From NCBI GenBank assembly GCA_003225495.1, contig QIAJ01000084.1, positions 30,953-94,952 on the forward strand: a DNA stretch of 64,000 nt. Reading direction: 5' to 3'. Below the pieces are notes generated by a model. That model made no database searches and had not been told where the DNA came from. It saw only the letters and a program-made list of their open reading frames with translations. The position numbers were made by a program, and so were the translations under genes. The stretch is from Acidobacteriota bacterium. Its GTDB lineage: Bacteria; Acidobacteriota; Terriglobia; Terriglobales; Acidobacteriaceae. Shown piece after piece: positions 1 through 11,419 of the stretch; within the stretch, counting starts at the first letter, position 1; the number at the start of each line of letters is the position of its first letter.

Positions 1-2
1 GC

Positions 3-1118
3 ATGCCTTCGCGTTACGCCCAATGGATGTACAACTGGGAAACTCGCCTCACGTCGGTCGACAACAACCGTGTGGTGCGTCCTCTGGATTGGGGAGTGGA
101 TTGGACCCGGCATTGGCCCGGCCGCAACGGCGGACCTTCGGGACAGTCCCCGCGCGAGCTTCTGGAATACTTCATTCGTTTCAACGACCACATCATTGAG
201 AACAGCGACGATTTCTACTCCTACCGTCCACCTACGGATTTCCGTCTTGAGCGCCGCGAAGTCCAGGTATTCAGCACGCGGGCAATTCCCGATCCAAAAT
301 TAGAAGCGAAGGTCCGCAACACGCACGCCGAGTTTTTGCGTTTCACCTCACCGGTGCAAACGCCCTATGCGGAGAATGACCTGGCCAACGCTCGGTGGTT
401 TCCAGTTCCCGGACACCGCGCGGTGGTCCTGCTCCCGCACTGGAATGCCGACGCGCTTGCCTACAACAGCCTGTGCCGCACACTGAATTGGATGGGGATC
501 TCCGTTCTCCGGTTGAGCCTGCCTCATCATGACATTCGGCGCCCCGCTGAGATCCATCGCGCCGACTACGCCGTCTCCGCCAACATCGGCCGCACTATGG
601 ACGCTATGCGCCAGGGCGTCATTGACGTTCGCTGCTGCCTCGACTGGCTCGAATCAAAGGGCTACAACCGCCTCGGCATTGTCGGGACCAGTCTCGGATC
701 CTGCTACGCGTTCATCGCCACAGCACACGATCCGCGCATCAGCGTCGCTGCGTTCAACCACGCTTCGACCTACGTTGCCGACGTAGTGTGGCATGGGCAA
801 TCCACCCGCCACGTCCGCGAGGGATTGGAACCTGCAATTCAACTCGACGATTTGCGCCGTGTCTGGCGCGCCGTCAGCCCGATGGTTTATTTCGACAAAT
901 TCTCGCGATGGCCGCGCAAGTCACTGATCATTTATGCGAAGTATGACCTGACCTTCCTCCCAGAGTTATCCAAGCGGGTGGTGGACGAATTCGCCCGCCA
1001 CAAACTCGACCACAGAGTCGTCGTCCTGCCCTGCGGCCACTACACCATGGGCGAGACCCCCTTCAAATACATGGACGGCTGGCAGCTGGCAAACTTCCTG
1101 CGCACCGCATTTGACTAG
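3..1118 (+). CDS. alpha/beta-hydrolase fold protein (esterase-like), function unknown
   Basis: 371-aa ORF with a GxSxG nucleophile elbow (LGIVGTSLGSCYAF) and late Asp/His candidates (YDLTF, PCGHYT). The ATG at 3 lies at the window edge, so the true start is uncertain. Confidence 0.6.
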   Translation: MPSRYAQWMYNWETRLTSVDNNRVVRPLDWGVDWTRHWPGRNGGPSGQSPRELLEYFIRFNDHIIENSDDFYSYRPPTDFRLERREVQVFSTRAIPDPKLEAKVRNTHAEFLRFTSPVQTPYAENDLANARWFPVPGHRAVVLLPHWNADALAYNSLCRTLNWMGISVLRLSLPHHDIRRPAEIHRADYAVSANIGRTMDAMRQGVIDVRCCLDWLESKGYNRLGIVGTSLGSCYAFIATAHDPRISVAAFNHASTYVADVVWHGQSTRHVREGLEPAIQLDDLRRVWRAVSPMVYFDKFSRWPRKSLIIYAKYDLTFLPELSKRVVDEFARHKLDHRVVVLPCGHYTMGETPFKYMDGWQLANFLRTAFD

Positions 1119-1122
1119 CTCG

Positions 1123-1150
1123 TGTAGGGACGGGTCTCTGACCCGTCCAG
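1123..1150. repeat. REP-like palindromic element, family A, copy 1 (TGTAGGGACGGGTCTCTGACCCGTCCAG)
   Basis: Perfect 8-bp stem GGACGGGT/ACCCGTCC with loop CTCTG at 1128-1148. It lies between two convergent genes. The 28-mer is identical to 48494-48521. Confidence 0.8.
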
Positions 1151-1178
1151 CGCGATTGAAGCTCCGGCCCGACAACCT

Positions 1179-1544
1179 TTATTGCTTCGCCGTGACCTTG
1201 TCGGCAATTCTGTCGTATTCGCTTTGTGGGAGGATGTGTCGCGTCACCAAGTCATGCGGGTCGTTGTAAGGACGCGCCTCGATCACGCGATCCGCCTGTC
1301 CCGTCGTCATGCCGGGCAAACTCATCAACTGATCGCGCGTAGCAGTATTCAAATCCAGTGGCTTGTTGCGATTCCAGCCTTCGCGGATGCCTTCCGCCAC
1401 CGCCTTGGCATCGCTCTTTGCCCGAGCGGTCGCTTCCGCGGTTCTCTCTTTCAGTTCTTGAGGGCTCTGCTCTTGCTTCGTGCATCCGGCGAGTGTGCCG
1501 AGCAGCAGGATGGCCGCAGCGAGGTGATATTTGGGTGAGCTCAT
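1179..1544 (-). CDS. ComEA-like helix-hairpin-helix DNA-binding lipoprotein
   Basis: An internal ATG at 1544 gives MSSPKYHLAAAILLLGTLAGC (lipobox). The C-terminus LDLNTATRDQLMSLPGMTTGQADRVIEARPY is a typical ComEA HhH motif. The upstream part of the 171-aa ORF looks non-coding. Confidence 0.7.
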   Translation of the reverse strand: MSSPKYHLAAAILLLGTLAGCTKQEQSPQELKERTAEATARAKSDAKAVAEGIREGWNRNKPLDLNTATRDQLMSLPGMTTGQADRVIEARPYNDPHDLVTRHILPQSEYDRIADKVTAKQ

Positions 1545-1809
1545 TTGGTCAGCCTTTCGTGCTTTTCGATGATTTCTTGGCCGATACGGTTGGCAACCTG
1601 CGGGGAACTGCCCATGAGCGCAACTTAAATCGGGATGGGGTAGAAGTTGATCCTCCCGGCAGATATCTGGGCGGACTTCCGAATAGCCGACCATCCGCCC
1701 GGTAACGTCCGATCAGTTTGCGCCGATGCGAACTTGTGGCCATAACTATGAGTTGCCTGTGGCAGGGCCAGTGCCCTAACATACGGCAACCCAGAGTTGA
1801 CGCCCAGTC

Positions 1810-4599
1810 ATGATCGGCCAGACAATCTCCCACTATCGCATCGTCGAGAAACTCGGTGGCGGCGGGATGGGAATCGTTTACAAGGCCGAGGATCTCAAAC
1901 TCGATCGCTTCGTAGCCCTCAAGTTTCTGCCGAATGAACTGGCCACAGATGGGCAAGCTCTCAGCCGCTTCCAGCGCGAAGCTAAGGCCGCTTCTGCGTT
2001 GAACCATCCCAACATCTGCACCATCCACGAGATTGATGACCAGCATGGACAAACCTTTATTGCCATGGAGTTTCTGGATGGAATGACGCTGAAGCACCGC
2101 ATCGCGGGAAAGCCGCTGGACATGGAGACGGTTCTATCCCTCGCTATCGAGATTGCCGACGCGCTCGATGCTGCCCACGACGGTGGAATCGTTCACCGCG
2201 ACATCAAGCCGGCGAACCTTTTCGTGACCAAGCGCGGTCATGCCAAAATCTTGGACTTTGGATTGGCCAAGGTGACGCGGCGCAGCAGTCGGGCTGGCGA
2301 GGGCGCGACCGCGACCATTCAGGAGATCCTGCTCGTCGAAGACCACCTGACGAGTCCGGGTGCCATGCTGGGCACGGTTTCTTATATGTCGCCGGAGCAG
2401 GTGCGGGGCCGAGAATTGAATGCGCGCACGGACCTGTTTTCATTCGGGGCGGTGCTTTATGAGATGGCGACGGGCACGGTACCGTTTCGGGGCGAAGGTT
2501 CGGGCGACATCCTGGACGCGATCCTGCACAAGGCCCCAATAACTCCGGTGCGTCTGAATCCGGAAGTTCCCGTCGAGCTGGAGCGGATCATCCAGAAAGC
2601 TTTGGAGAAGGACCGCGATTTGCGCTACCAGCACGCATCCGAAATGCGATCCGATCTGAAGCGTCTGAAGCGGGACACAGAATCGGGCGGGTCGGTTGCG
2701 GAAGCCGCATCTGCTGGTTCTGCGGATATGGTTGAGAGTCGGGGCGCCGTTTCCACACATAGAGGCGCCGCAGCTTCTGCTGTTGGGTCGTCGTCTAGTT
2801 CGATTCTGATCGCCGAAGCTCGACGGCACAAGGGCATGCTGATCGGTACGGCTGCGTTGGTTTTGGTGCTGATAGTCGCGGCAGGGTTCGGCGTGTACAA
2901 ACTCCTAATTAAGAGCGTCCCCTCTATCGATACTCGCAACATCAGCATCCGGCCTCTGACCGAGCATGGAGAGGCAGCAGATTTTGCCAGCATCTCGCCC
3001 GACGGCAGATTGGTGGCCTATGGCAGGCGGGAAGGGCAACGCAGCCTACGCGTGAAACAGGTGGCCACGGGTAGCGAAGTGACAGTTGTGCCGCCTCAAA
3101 CCGGCTTCTTTGGCTCAGGCGCCACATTTAAGCCGGACGGGAATTATCTGTACTACACGCATGCCGACGCGGCCAATCCTAACATTGTCAACCTATATAG
3201 CGTACCGTCTTTGGGCGGTGCATCACGCCAGATCGTGGGCAACGTGGCTGGCGCGGCGGCATTCTCCGCTGATGGCAAGCGTATCGCTTACCGCCGCACA
3301 ATTCAGGAGAAAGGCGAAGATCAGATCTTGACCGCAAATGCCGATGGTGGGGGGGAACAAGTGATCTTCCGCCGCAACGTTGCGATTGGGGGTTTGCTCA
3401 CTGATCCATCCTGGTCGTCTGCTGCTGGTCTAATCGCAGTGGGCGCTTTTGACACGGGAAATAACAAGATCACATCGATTTTGGTACTCACACCGGAAGG
3501 CAACCTGGTCAAGAGTTTTCCGCTCCCCACGCTAATTACGTCGGTCGCATGGTTGCCCGATGGCTCCGGTCTGTTTTTTGTGGCCGGTGAAAAGTCGACC
3601 GGGCTGCGGTGGCAGATCTGGTTCCAACCATATTCTGACGGCGATGCTTTCAAGATTAGCAACGACTTGAGTCTTTATCACTCGCTTAGTGTCACAGCCG
3701 ACGGCAAATCATTCGTTAGTACTCAGGAGCGGCGAGCGGCAACGATTTATGTCGGCGATTCTCCTTCGGTACTGAACGACAAGATCGATTGGAAGCTCAC
3801 TCCCATTTCGACCGAACAAGCGACCGGCTATGATCTTTCATGGGCCTCCTCCGGTAGGCTCCTCCAACGAGATGTAGCGTTCCACCTTTACGCGACTGCC
3901 GCCGATGGTAGCAACCGGGTCCGCCTGCTGGAAAATGATGATCTTGTTTTTTCTGCAAATGCGTGCGGTTCCGGGGATACGGTCGTGGTCGGTAGAGTTC
4001 TTGAGGACAATGCCCCCAATGTCTGGCGGCTGAATGTGGGCACGGGTGAGTTGAAGCAGCTTACTTTTGGCAAGGACATAGAAAATGGTTCGTGCACCCC
4101 CGACGGAAAGTGGGTCATTTACAATGACGGTCAAGCGAAAGGTGGAGCCCGCATTTTCAAGGTCTCCATCGATGGCGGCACGCCTGTTGAACTGGCCCAC
4201 GGAACCCCGTTTTCCCCGCGAGTTTCGCCTAATGGTGAACTGATCGCGTACGGCAGGACCGAAGGACAGGGCGCCAGTGCAAAGTCGAAGATTGTGTTGC
4301 AAAACCTGGAAGACAGCGCAATCGTAAAGGAGATCGAGTTGCCCGCGACATACGACTGGGAGCAACTTGCGTGGACGCCGGACGGACACGCGCTCACGTT
4401 GGTGCACCATACGACAGGTGCCTTGCAGAATGTGTACATGCAGCCGCTGACCGGTGGCGCACGGGTGCAGCTAACACACTTCGATTCTGAGCCCTCTCTT
4501 GTGATGGCCTATGCTTGGTCGCCGGACGGCAGGAAGTTCGCAGTTACCCGCGCTCGCTCAAACGATAGCGATGTTGTCATGTTCAGCGGCTTCAAATAG
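1810..4599 (+). CDS. Ser/Thr protein kinase with one TM helix and a C-terminal TolB/PD40-like beta-propeller region
   Basis: Carries [32 protein letters not shown] and SPEQ motifs. TM helix is [20 protein letters not shown]. Repeated SPDG/SADG/TPDG..IAY blades follow. Confidence 0.9.
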   Translation: MIGQTISHYRIVEKLGGGGMGIVYKAEDLKLDRFVALKFLPNELATDGQALSRFQREAKAASALNHPNICTIHEIDDQHGQTFIAMEFLDGMTLKHRIAGKPLDMETVLSLAIEIADALDAAHDGGIVHRDIKPANLFVTKRGHAKILDFGLAKVTRRSSRAGEGATATIQEILLVEDHLTSPGAMLGTVSYMSPEQVRGRELNARTDLFSFGAVLYEMATGTVPFRGEGSGDILDAILHKAPITPVRLNPEVPVELERIIQKALEKDRDLRYQHASEMRSDLKRLKRDTESGGSVAEAASAGSADMVESRGAVSTHRGAAASAVGSSSSSILIAEARRHKGMLIGTAALVLVLIVAAGFGVYKLLIKSVPSIDTRNISIRPLTEHGEAADFASISPDGRLVAYGRREGQRSLRVKQVATGSEVTVVPPQTGFFGSGATFKPDGNYLYYTHADAANPNIVNLYSVPSLGGASRQIVGNVAGAAAFSADGKRIAYRRTIQEKGEDQILTANADGGGEQVIFRRNVAIGGLLTDPSWSSAAGLIAVGAFDTGNNKITSILVLTPEGNLVKSFPLPTLITSVAWLPDGSGLFFVAGEKSTGLRWQIWFQPYSDGDAFKISNDLSLYHSLSVTADGKSFVSTQERRAATIYVGDSPSVLNDKIDWKLTPISTEQATGYDLSWASSGRLLQRDVAFHLYATAADGSNRVRLLENDDLVFSANACGSGDTVVVGRVLEDNAPNVWRLNVGTGELKQLTFGKDIENGSCTPDGKWVIYNDGQAKGGARIFKVSIDGGTPVELAHGTPFSPRVSPNGELIAYGRTEGQGASAKSKIVLQNLEDSAIVKEIELPATYDWEQLAWTPDGHALTLVHHTTGALQNVYMQPLTGGARVQLTHFDSEPSLVMAYAWSPDGRKFAVTRARSNDSDVVMFSGFK

Positions 4600-4826
4600 A
4601 TCCCCTCCAGAAGTAGCTAGGCGCCCGGAATCCACACAGAGCGTAGCATCGCAGTCTTGGTTGCACCTCGGAGCTACGACCGAGTGATGGGCAAAACGGA
4701 AGTAGTTCTTGAGACAACGCTTATGGGGGCGCTGCCCAAGTACCTTCAGTCCGACCAGGCTTCGTGTGGCACTCATTCGCGGACAGGAGTGTCCGTGCCA
4801 CAGTAAAATAACCTCCGGCACCTACT

Positions 4827-6116
4827 ATGAACAATTCATCCATGTCCCGCCCGCTCTATGAAGTCGATCCCCAGATCGCCGCCGCCATCGACAACGAAGC
4901 TCGCCGCCAGCATGAAGGCCTGGAACTGATCGCCTCCGAGAATTTCGTGAGCGAAGCCGTGCTCGAAGCCGCCGGCTCGGTATTCACAAACAAGTACGCA
5001 GAAGGCTATCCCGGCAAGCGCTACTACGGCGGATGTGAATTTACCGATGTTGTAGAAGAACTAGCCCGCGAGCGCGCGAAAAAACTATTCGGCGCCGAGC
5101 ATGCGAACGTACAACCTCATTCCGGATCGCAGGCCAACATGGGCGCCTATTATGCGGTCCTCCAGCCGGGTGACACGATTCTGGGATTGAACCTCGCTCA
5201 CGGCGGACATCTCACGCACGGACATCATCTGAATTTTTCCGGCAAGACGTACAAAGTCATTCCCTATGGCGTGACCAAAGAAACCGAAACCATCGACTAC
5301 GACGAACTGGAGAAAATAGCGGAGAAAGAACGTCCCAGGATGATCATCGGCGGCGGCAGCGCCTATCCGCGCATCATCGACTTCGCGCGCATGCGCCAGA
5401 TCGCCGACAAGATCGGCGCGCTCTACCTGGTCGACATGGCGCACTTCTCCGGATTGGTCGCTGGTGGCGCGCATCCGTCGCCCGTTCCGCACGCACACAT
5501 CGTGACCTCGACTACGCACAAGACTCTTCGGGGACCGCGCTCCGGGATGATCCTCAGCAAACAGGAATTCGCCGCGCCCATCGACAAAGTTGTGTTCCCC
5601 GGAATTCAGGGCGGACCGCTCGTCCATATCGTGGCGGCGAAGGCCGTGTGTTTCCTTGAAGCCTCGCAGCCTGAGTTCCGCGAATATGCGCGTCAGGTTG
5701 TCGCCAACGCGAAAGTGATGGCCGAAGCGCTTGCCGCGGAAGGCTTCCGCATAGTCTCCGGTGGAACCGATACACACCTGTTGCTGGTAGACGTATTTGC
5801 GCAAGGCATGTTCGGCAGCGAAGCCGAGAAGGCGCTGGGTGAAGCTGGCATCACCGTCAACAAGAATGCGATTCCATTCGACGTCAATCCGCCGATGAAG
5901 CCAAGCGGCGTTCGGATCGGTTCTCCTGCGGTCACGACCCGCGGGATGAAAGAGCCCGAGATGCGCCAGATCGCCCACTGGATCGCGGAAGCGCTACATC
6001 ACCGCAGCGATGCAGGTCAGTTGGCGAGAATCCGTAAGGAAGTATTGAATTTGGCCGAAGAGTTCCCACTCTATGCCGAGCGGCGGGCGCGAGCGCAAGC
6101 GGAACTCAAAGTCTAG
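4827..6116 (+). CDS. glyA: serine hydroxymethyltransferase
   Basis: 429 aa of full-length SHMT-like sequence, including the PLP-lysine motif [12 protein letters not shown] and [10 protein letters not shown]. Confidence 0.97.
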   Translation: MNNSSMSRPLYEVDPQIAAAIDNEARRQHEGLELIASENFVSEAVLEAAGSVFTNKYAEGYPGKRYYGGCEFTDVVEELARERAKKLFGAEHANVQPHSGSQANMGAYYAVLQPGDTILGLNLAHGGHLTHGHHLNFSGKTYKVIPYGVTKETETIDYDELEKIAEKERPRMIIGGGSAYPRIIDFARMRQIADKIGALYLVDMAHFSGLVAGGAHPSPVPHAHIVTSTTHKTLRGPRSGMILSKQEFAAPIDKVVFPGIQGGPLVHIVAAKAVCFLEASQPEFREYARQVVANAKVMAEALAAEGFRIVSGGTDTHLLLVDVFAQGMFGSEAEKALGEAGITVNKNAIPFDVNPPMKPSGVRIGSPAVTTRGMKEPEMRQIAHWIAEALHHRSDAGQLARIRKEVLNLAEEFPLYAERRARAQAELKV

Positions 6117-6201
6117 AATCTGGATCCTTCGTGCCCTTTTGCGGTCAAGCCTTTGACAACGAGAACTCAACAAGAGCGCAAGGCCACTTTTTCCTGACCT
6201 C

Positions 6202-6972
6202 ATGAAAGTTGCCCTCATCACCGGAGCCGCCCAGGGGATCGGCCGGCGCACCGCCGAAGTCCTGGCCCAGCGCGGATTCTCGCTCGCCCTCAATGACCTC
6301 CGTTCTCCCATAGAAACCATAGCGCAAGTACGAAGCCACGGTGTCGATGCTCTCGAAGTCCTCGGCGACGTCTCCGACGAATCCGCGGTCTCTCGCATGG
6401 CCGAGTCCGTCATGTCTCATTACGGTCGCATTGACGTGCTTGTGAACAATGCAGGCATCAGCTCCATTGCTCCGGCGGAAGAAATCACCGTCAGCGAGTG
6501 GCAGCGGGTGATGGATATCAACCTGCTCGGACCATTTCTCCTCTGCCGCGCCTTCGGCCGCATCATGCTCCAGCAAAAATCCGGCAGCATCATCAATGTT
6601 GCATCGGTAGCCGGACTGCTCGGAGTCGCCGACCGCGCCGCCTACAACGCCTCCAAGCACGGGCTCGTCGGCCTGACTCGCACTCTGGCCGCCGAGTGGG
6701 GAGGACGCGGCGTTCGCTGCAACGCCGTTTGTCCCGGATGGGTCAAGACTCCGATGGACGACTCCGCTCAGAACGCCGGCCTGTACGCCGACAGCGACAT
6801 TACCGGCCGTGTTCCTATGGCCCGCTTCGCCACTCCCGATGACGTCGCGCAAGCGATCGCCTTCCTCGCCGACCCAACGCAAAGCAGCTTCGTCAATGGT
6901 CACGCGCTTTCCGTCGACGGCGGCTGGGCGTCGGATGGAAGCTGGGAAAGTCTGCGCCTTGGACATCGCTGA
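6202..6972 (+). CDS. short-chain dehydrogenase/reductase (FabG-like)
   Basis: TGAAQGIGR cofactor motif, NNAG, and catalytic YNASK. Confidence 0.85.
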   Translation: MKVALITGAAQGIGRRTAEVLAQRGFSLALNDLRSPIETIAQVRSHGVDALEVLGDVSDESAVSRMAESVMSHYGRIDVLVNNAGISSIAPAEEITVSEWQRVMDINLLGPFLLCRAFGRIMLQQKSGSIINVASVAGLLGVADRAAYNASKHGLVGLTRTLAAEWGGRGVRCNAVCPGWVKTPMDDSAQNAGLYADSDITGRVPMARFATPDDVAQAIAFLADPTQSSFVNGHALSVDGGWASDGSWESLRLGHR

Positions 6973-7099
6973 GCCCGCATGCTTTTCTTGGCTGCTTGTC
7001 ACTGCGACCTTTGCAATCGAGAGCTACTAACCGCAAAGTTCGCAAAGAAAACCCACGAAGGTCGCTAAGTAACCCTCTAATTGTGTTTAAATTCCCTTC

Positions 7100-8260
7100 G
7101 TGAAAGTCGCCATCGATATCCGTCGCATGACGGAGTTTGGCATTGGCACTTATATCCGCAACGTGGTCCGGACGCTGGCCCGTCTGGATCGCGAGAGCCA
7201 GTATTTCCTGATCGGTTTACCTGCAAAAGTTGACGAGTGCGGCCCGCTCCCTCCGAACTTTCACGCTGTGCCGCTGGCCGATCGTGAGAACACGTTGCGA
7301 GGAAGTTTCGAGTTTCGCGCCACCGTGCGCCGCCTGCACTGCGACGTAGTCCATATCCCGCACTTGTTCTGGATTCCGCGCGGTCTGCCCTGCCCTTACG
7401 TGGTGACGGTGCACGATCTCCTCGACCACATGTACGGAGCCCGCGATCGCTCAAGCCTGCGCCGCAGCCTGCATCTTCAGTTAACGCGGCGCGCGCTTCG
7501 CAAAGCCGCGCGGGTGCTCGCCGTCTCGCAGTTCACGAAAAGTGAGATCGCCAGAACATTTGACGTTCCTGACGGCCGCATCGAAGTTGTCTACAACGCC
7601 ATCGACGAGCGTTTTCTGCACGGCCATGCTTCCCAGTCCGACCGGGATCTGATCGCCGAACGCTATCAGGTCAACTACCCGTTCCTCCTGTACGCAGGCG
7701 CGATTCGTCCACATAAAAACGTTGTGCGCACCATCGAAGCATTCTCAGCGCTGAAAACTGAATTGGAAAAAGAGCAGCAATTGCTGGACCTGAAACTCAT
7801 CATCATCGGCGACGACCTCTCCGGCCACCCCGGTCTGCGCCGCACAGTAGTCCGGAGCGGCGTGCAGAACGATGTGCGTTTTCTCGGTTTCGTGCCTATC
7901 GAAGTACTGCGCATCTTCTACGACGTCGCCAAGATTTTCGTTTTCCCATCTCTCTACGAAGGTTTCGGACTGCCGCCGCTCGAAGCGATGGCCCACGGAA
8001 CTCCTGTGGTCACATCGAATACGTCAAGCCTGCCCGAGGTAGCTGGGAACGCAGCTCTGCTGGTCAATCCAGAGAATGTTTTTGAAATCCAGCGCGCCCT
8101 CCAGAAAGCCTTGCTCGATCCAGTCCTGCGGAATCGCATGAAGCAGCGCGGCTACCAGCAGGCGCAGCGTTTTTCGTGGACAAATTCAGTGTCGAGAATC
8201 CTCGAGATCTACCGCGAGGTAGCGGGCGGAAACGTTTCCAGTGGCGTCGCGGCAGATTGA
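7100..8260 (+). CDS. glycosyltransferase family 4 (GT-B)
   Basis: GTG start. The C-terminal EGFGLPPLEAMAHGTPVV (E-x7-E region) is typical of GT4. Confidence 0.85.
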   Translation: MKVAIDIRRMTEFGIGTYIRNVVRTLARLDRESQYFLIGLPAKVDECGPLPPNFHAVPLADRENTLRGSFEFRATVRRLHCDVVHIPHLFWIPRGLPCPYVVTVHDLLDHMYGARDRSSLRRSLHLQLTRRALRKAARVLAVSQFTKSEIARTFDVPDGRIEVVYNAIDERFLHGHASQSDRDLIAERYQVNYPFLLYAGAIRPHKNVVRTIEAFSALKTELEKEQQLLDLKLIIIGDDLSGHPGLRRTVVRSGVQNDVRFLGFVPIEVLRIFYDVAKIFVFPSLYEGFGLPPLEAMAHGTPVVTSNTSSLPEVAGNAALLVNPENVFEIQRALQKALLDPVLRNRMKQRGYQQAQRFSWTNSVSRILEIYREVAGGNVSSGVAAD

Positions 8261-8326
8261 GACTCCCTCGCGCCATAGACACTCGTTCCCGGCGCCTATC
8301 CCGGACGACTCCTCTTCCCCGCTATA

Positions 8327-10225
8327 ATGACCATTCTCTCGATGATTCCCTCTGAGGCCTCCGAGCCCGGGCAAGCGCGCACCCGTTCCTTCAATCGCCC
8401 GATCTCTCTCCTCTCGGATTGGAGGATCTCCGCCCTTATCCTCATTGCGCTTTGGATCGTCATCTATATGGTTGGCCTCTCCACGCCGGCGCTGCTTGAC
8501 GATGCCGACACCGTACACGCGGAAGCGGCTCGCGAAATGGTGCAGAGGCATGACTGGATCACGCTCTATGCCAACGGTGTCCGCTATCTGGAAAAAGCGC
8601 CGCTCATGTACTGGAGCGTTGCCACCAGCTACACGGTTTTCGGTGTTAATGAGTGGAGCACACGCTTCCCCCTGATGTTGGGCGTTTTGGGCATGATCCT
8701 GGCGACCTACGGCCTCGGTCGCTGGGCATTCGGCCCCGAGGGCGGATTCGATTCCGGACTGGTGCTAGCCACCGCTCTTGGGCCTTATCTGTTCACGCGT
8801 TTTCTCATTCCCGACGTGCCCGTCGCCCTCTGGTTGACTCTCACGTATTGGCTGTTTTTGAAATCGCTCGAACAGACGACGCCCTCACGCTGGGTCTGTT
8901 GGGGGCTGGCGGCGGTTTGTGCGCTGAATGTCCTGACCAAAGGTCTGATCGGACTGATCTTTCCTATTGCCGCAATCGGTCTTTATCTTCTCTTGACCGG
9001 AAATCTGAAGCACCTGTTCAAGCTGCGTCTGCCGTCCAGCGCGCTGGTTTTTTTTGCGATCGCCGCCCCCTGGCACATTCTGGCCGAGCGGGCAAATCCC
9101 GCGCAGGGCCAGGTACGCGGATTTCTGTGGTTCTATTTCGTCAATGAACATTTCCTCCGTTTCCTCAACAAACGTGTGCCGCGCGATTACGACACCGTCC
9201 CACTCCTGATTTTCTGGGCGCTGCTCATCGTGTGGTTGGTGCCGTGGAGCGTTTTCGTTCCGCAAGGATTGCTGGAAGTGCCGCGCCGTTGGAGTGAGTT
9301 CCGATCAAAGATGACGCGCCGGCAGCGCGCCAACCTGCTTTTCCTGCTCTGGGCCCTGGTAATTGTCGGCTTCTTCAGCTTCTCCACGCGCCAGGAGTAC
9401 TACACGATTCCCGCAATACCCGGCATGGCTCTTCTGATCGGCGGATGGCTGAGCCGTGAGCGAACCTCGCCCGCCGGAAGCCCGGAACGCCGCGCCGGTC
9501 GCACTTCAGCGACCGCGCTGCTGGTCATCGGCGTCATCGCTGCGGCGGCCGGATTCGGTTTGCTGTGGTTCTCGAAGCCGCCAACTCCAGGCATCGACCT
9601 TTCCGATCTGCTCAAGAAACACCCGCAGGACTACGCGCTATCCTTCGGACATTTCCTCGACCTCACTCCGCAGGCAATGGGCCTATTCCGGGGCCCGCTT
9701 CTCGGAGTCGCGCTTGCACTACTGCTGGGGACTTTTGCCAACTGGTTGTTCCGGCGTCGTGGGAGCGCGGGTGCCGGTAATGCTGTCCTGGCCGCGATGA
9801 TGATCGTAATTCTCGCCTGCGTTCATTCCGCATTTACGCTGTTTTCTCCCATCCTCTCATCCAAGGATCTGGCGATGGCGATAAAGGATCAATACCGCCC
9901 CGGCGACGTGATCGTCGTCATCGGTAAGTATGAGAATGCATCCGCGCTGAATTTTTATACCGGAGTGCCTCTCCGGAGCCTGCGCGAGCCCGCCGGAAAC
10001 ATGTGGTACGGATCAAAATTTCCAGACGCCCCCCGCGTCTTCGAAACGCCCGAATCTTTCAAAACTTTGTGGGCAGGTCCGCAGCGAGTGTTTCTGTGGG
10101 CGGAAGACGACAGCCCTGGAGAGCTGCATGGTTTGACCTACTATGAACTAGCGCGGCGTGGAGGAAAGTTCATCTTCACGAATCGGCCGGTGACCCAGCA
10201 ATCAGGGTCGGGGCAAACGGGATAG
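8327..10225 (+). CDS. polytopic membrane glycosyltransferase, ArnT/PMT-like (GT39/GT83 type)
   Basis: 632 aa with more than 10 predicted TM helices. The N-terminal loop DDADTVHAEAAREM...YLEKAPLMYW resembles the ArnT/PMT_2 catalytic loop. Confidence 0.7.
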   Translation: MTILSMIPSEASEPGQARTRSFNRPISLLSDWRISALILIALWIVIYMVGLSTPALLDDADTVHAEAAREMVQRHDWITLYANGVRYLEKAPLMYWSVATSYTVFGVNEWSTRFPLMLGVLGMILATYGLGRWAFGPEGGFDSGLVLATALGPYLFTRFLIPDVPVALWLTLTYWLFLKSLEQTTPSRWVCWGLAAVCALNVLTKGLIGLIFPIAAIGLYLLLTGNLKHLFKLRLPSSALVFFAIAAPWHILAERANPAQGQVRGFLWFYFVNEHFLRFLNKRVPRDYDTVPLLIFWALLIVWLVPWSVFVPQGLLEVPRRWSEFRSKMTRRQRANLLFLLWALVIVGFFSFSTRQEYYTIPAIPGMALLIGGWLSRERTSPAGSPERRAGRTSATALLVIGVIAAAAGFGLLWFSKPPTPGIDLSDLLKKHPQDYALSFGHFLDLTPQAMGLFRGPLLGVALALLLGTFANWLFRRRGSAGAGNAVLAAMMIVILACVHSAFTLFSPILSSKDLAMAIKDQYRPGDVIVVIGKYENASALNFYTGVPLRSLREPAGNMWYGSKFPDAPRVFETPESFKTLWAGPQRVFLWAEDDSPGELHGLTYYELARRGGKFIFTNRPVTQQSGSGQTG

Positions 10226-11383
10226 TTCATGCCGCACCGGAGCTTCACCGGAAGCTCTTTTTAGCCGGCCATTCCTGAGATAGAACACATCGCCTCGCCA
10301 TACGATCCGATTGCCTACCAGCCCAAGGGCCCACACAAATGGCGCAATCAGATCGCGCACCGGCAACAGAAAGAGGTCGCGTAGCGCCCGTGCATCGCCG
10401 AGTACCGTGAGTGCTGAAGCCAAACCGACCGCGAGCCGCGCAGCAACGGCGATCGCCAACAACACCCATGTCCACGCCGCTCCTCGCGCCGCCAACACGG
10501 TGATCAGTGCCCATGGCAAACCGAACGTCAGAACAAGGCCCTCGTATCCCCAGCTGCGCGCGCCCCGGACGCTGCGCGCCCAGCGCAACTGGTGATCGAA
10601 AAACTGCCGGATCGAGTATGCCGGCAAGAACGTTTCGACTACGACGTCGCTCAGTTCGACGCGCTTTCCCAGCGCGGCAATGCGGCGTCCGATTTCGTAA
10701 TCGTCGGCTAGATAATCCACCATCGCTTCGAAACCGCCGATCGCTCGCAGATCACTCTTACGAAAAGCCAGCGTCGATCCCAGCTCAAAGTGCAAACCGC
10801 CCTCGATAAGTCGAGCGCTCAACACACCCGGCACAAAATCCGTGCTGATCCCCAGCGCTTCGAGCCGCGACCCGATCGTCGAGCTGGCAGTGCCACGGTA
10901 CAAGCAACTCACCATGCCGACCGAATAATCGGACGCGACCCGAATGTCGCTATCATTCACCAGTAATATTTCGTGACGCGCAGTGGGCAGCATCTGCGCC
11001 AACGTACTTAGCTTTCGATTCGTACCGAGATCACGCTGGCAAACCACCAACTCAATCTGCCGGTTCGGATACTTCTCCTGCAGCTTCCGAACCAGTTCGA
11101 TCGCTGGATCGTCTGCATCGCTGACGCCGAAGATCAACTGATATTCCGGATAGTCCAATTCACAGTGACTGCAAAACGCCTCCCAGATCTGCGGATCGAT
11201 TCCCTTCAGCGGCTTCAGTATGGAGACAGGTGGGAGTTGAGCCTGAGGTATCAAACCGGATGCGCGGCGGTGATGACGCAGAAAGCTCACGATGCCGCAT
11301 CCCGAAAGTAAATAAAATCCAAGGCTGGCCAGAGTTCCAAACGCAGCCACGGTTTCAATCAGGGAGCGTAACGTCAGATGCAT
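10202..11383 (-). CDS. GT2/GT21-type glycosyltransferase (ceramide glucosyltransferase / HpnI-like)
   Basis: N-terminal TM helix, then SILKPLKG, NDSDIRV (D-x-D), AEDYEIG-like DDYEIG and QLRWARS (Q-x-x-RW). Its 3' end overlaps the convergent GT39 gene by 24 nt. Confidence 0.6.
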   Translation of the reverse strand: MHLTLRSLIETVAAFGTLASLGFYLLSGCGIVSFLRHHRRASGLIPQAQLPPVSILKPLKGIDPQIWEAFCSHCELDYPEYQLIFGVSDADDPAIELVRKLQEKYPNRQIELVVCQRDLGTNRKLSTLAQMLPTARHEILLVNDSDIRVASDYSVGMVSCLYRGTASSTIGSRLEALGISTDFVPGVLSARLIEGGLHFELGSTLAFRKSDLRAIGGFEAMVDYLADDYEIGRRIAALGKRVELSDVVVETFLPAYSIRQFFDHQLRWARSVRGARSWGYEGLVLTFGLPWALITVLAARGAAWTWVLLAIAVAARLAVGLASALTVLGDARALRDLFLLPVRDLIAPFVWALGLVGNRIVWRGDVFYLRNGRLKRASGEAPVRHELSRLPRP

Positions 11384-11419
11384 GAGTTCTCGCTGGCTCC
11401 CGTCATCACGCGACGTATG

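Noticed and set aside
4770-4826. Nested hairpin GTGGCAC..GGACA-GGAG-TGTCC-GTGCCAC just upstream of glyA, considered as a possible riboswitch (ZTP/THF/glycine) or attenuator.
   Set aside because: I could not find any of the conserved core sequences of those riboswitch classes. A single hairpin is not enough evidence. It may be a terminator or stabiliser for the upstream kinase gene.
10202-11383. The loop between the DSD motif and the following conserved VG..C.Y.G block appears about 10 residues shorter than in the ceramide glucosyltransferase / HpnI sequences I remember.
   Set aside because: The frame is intact and family loop lengths vary. It cannot be judged without a real alignment.
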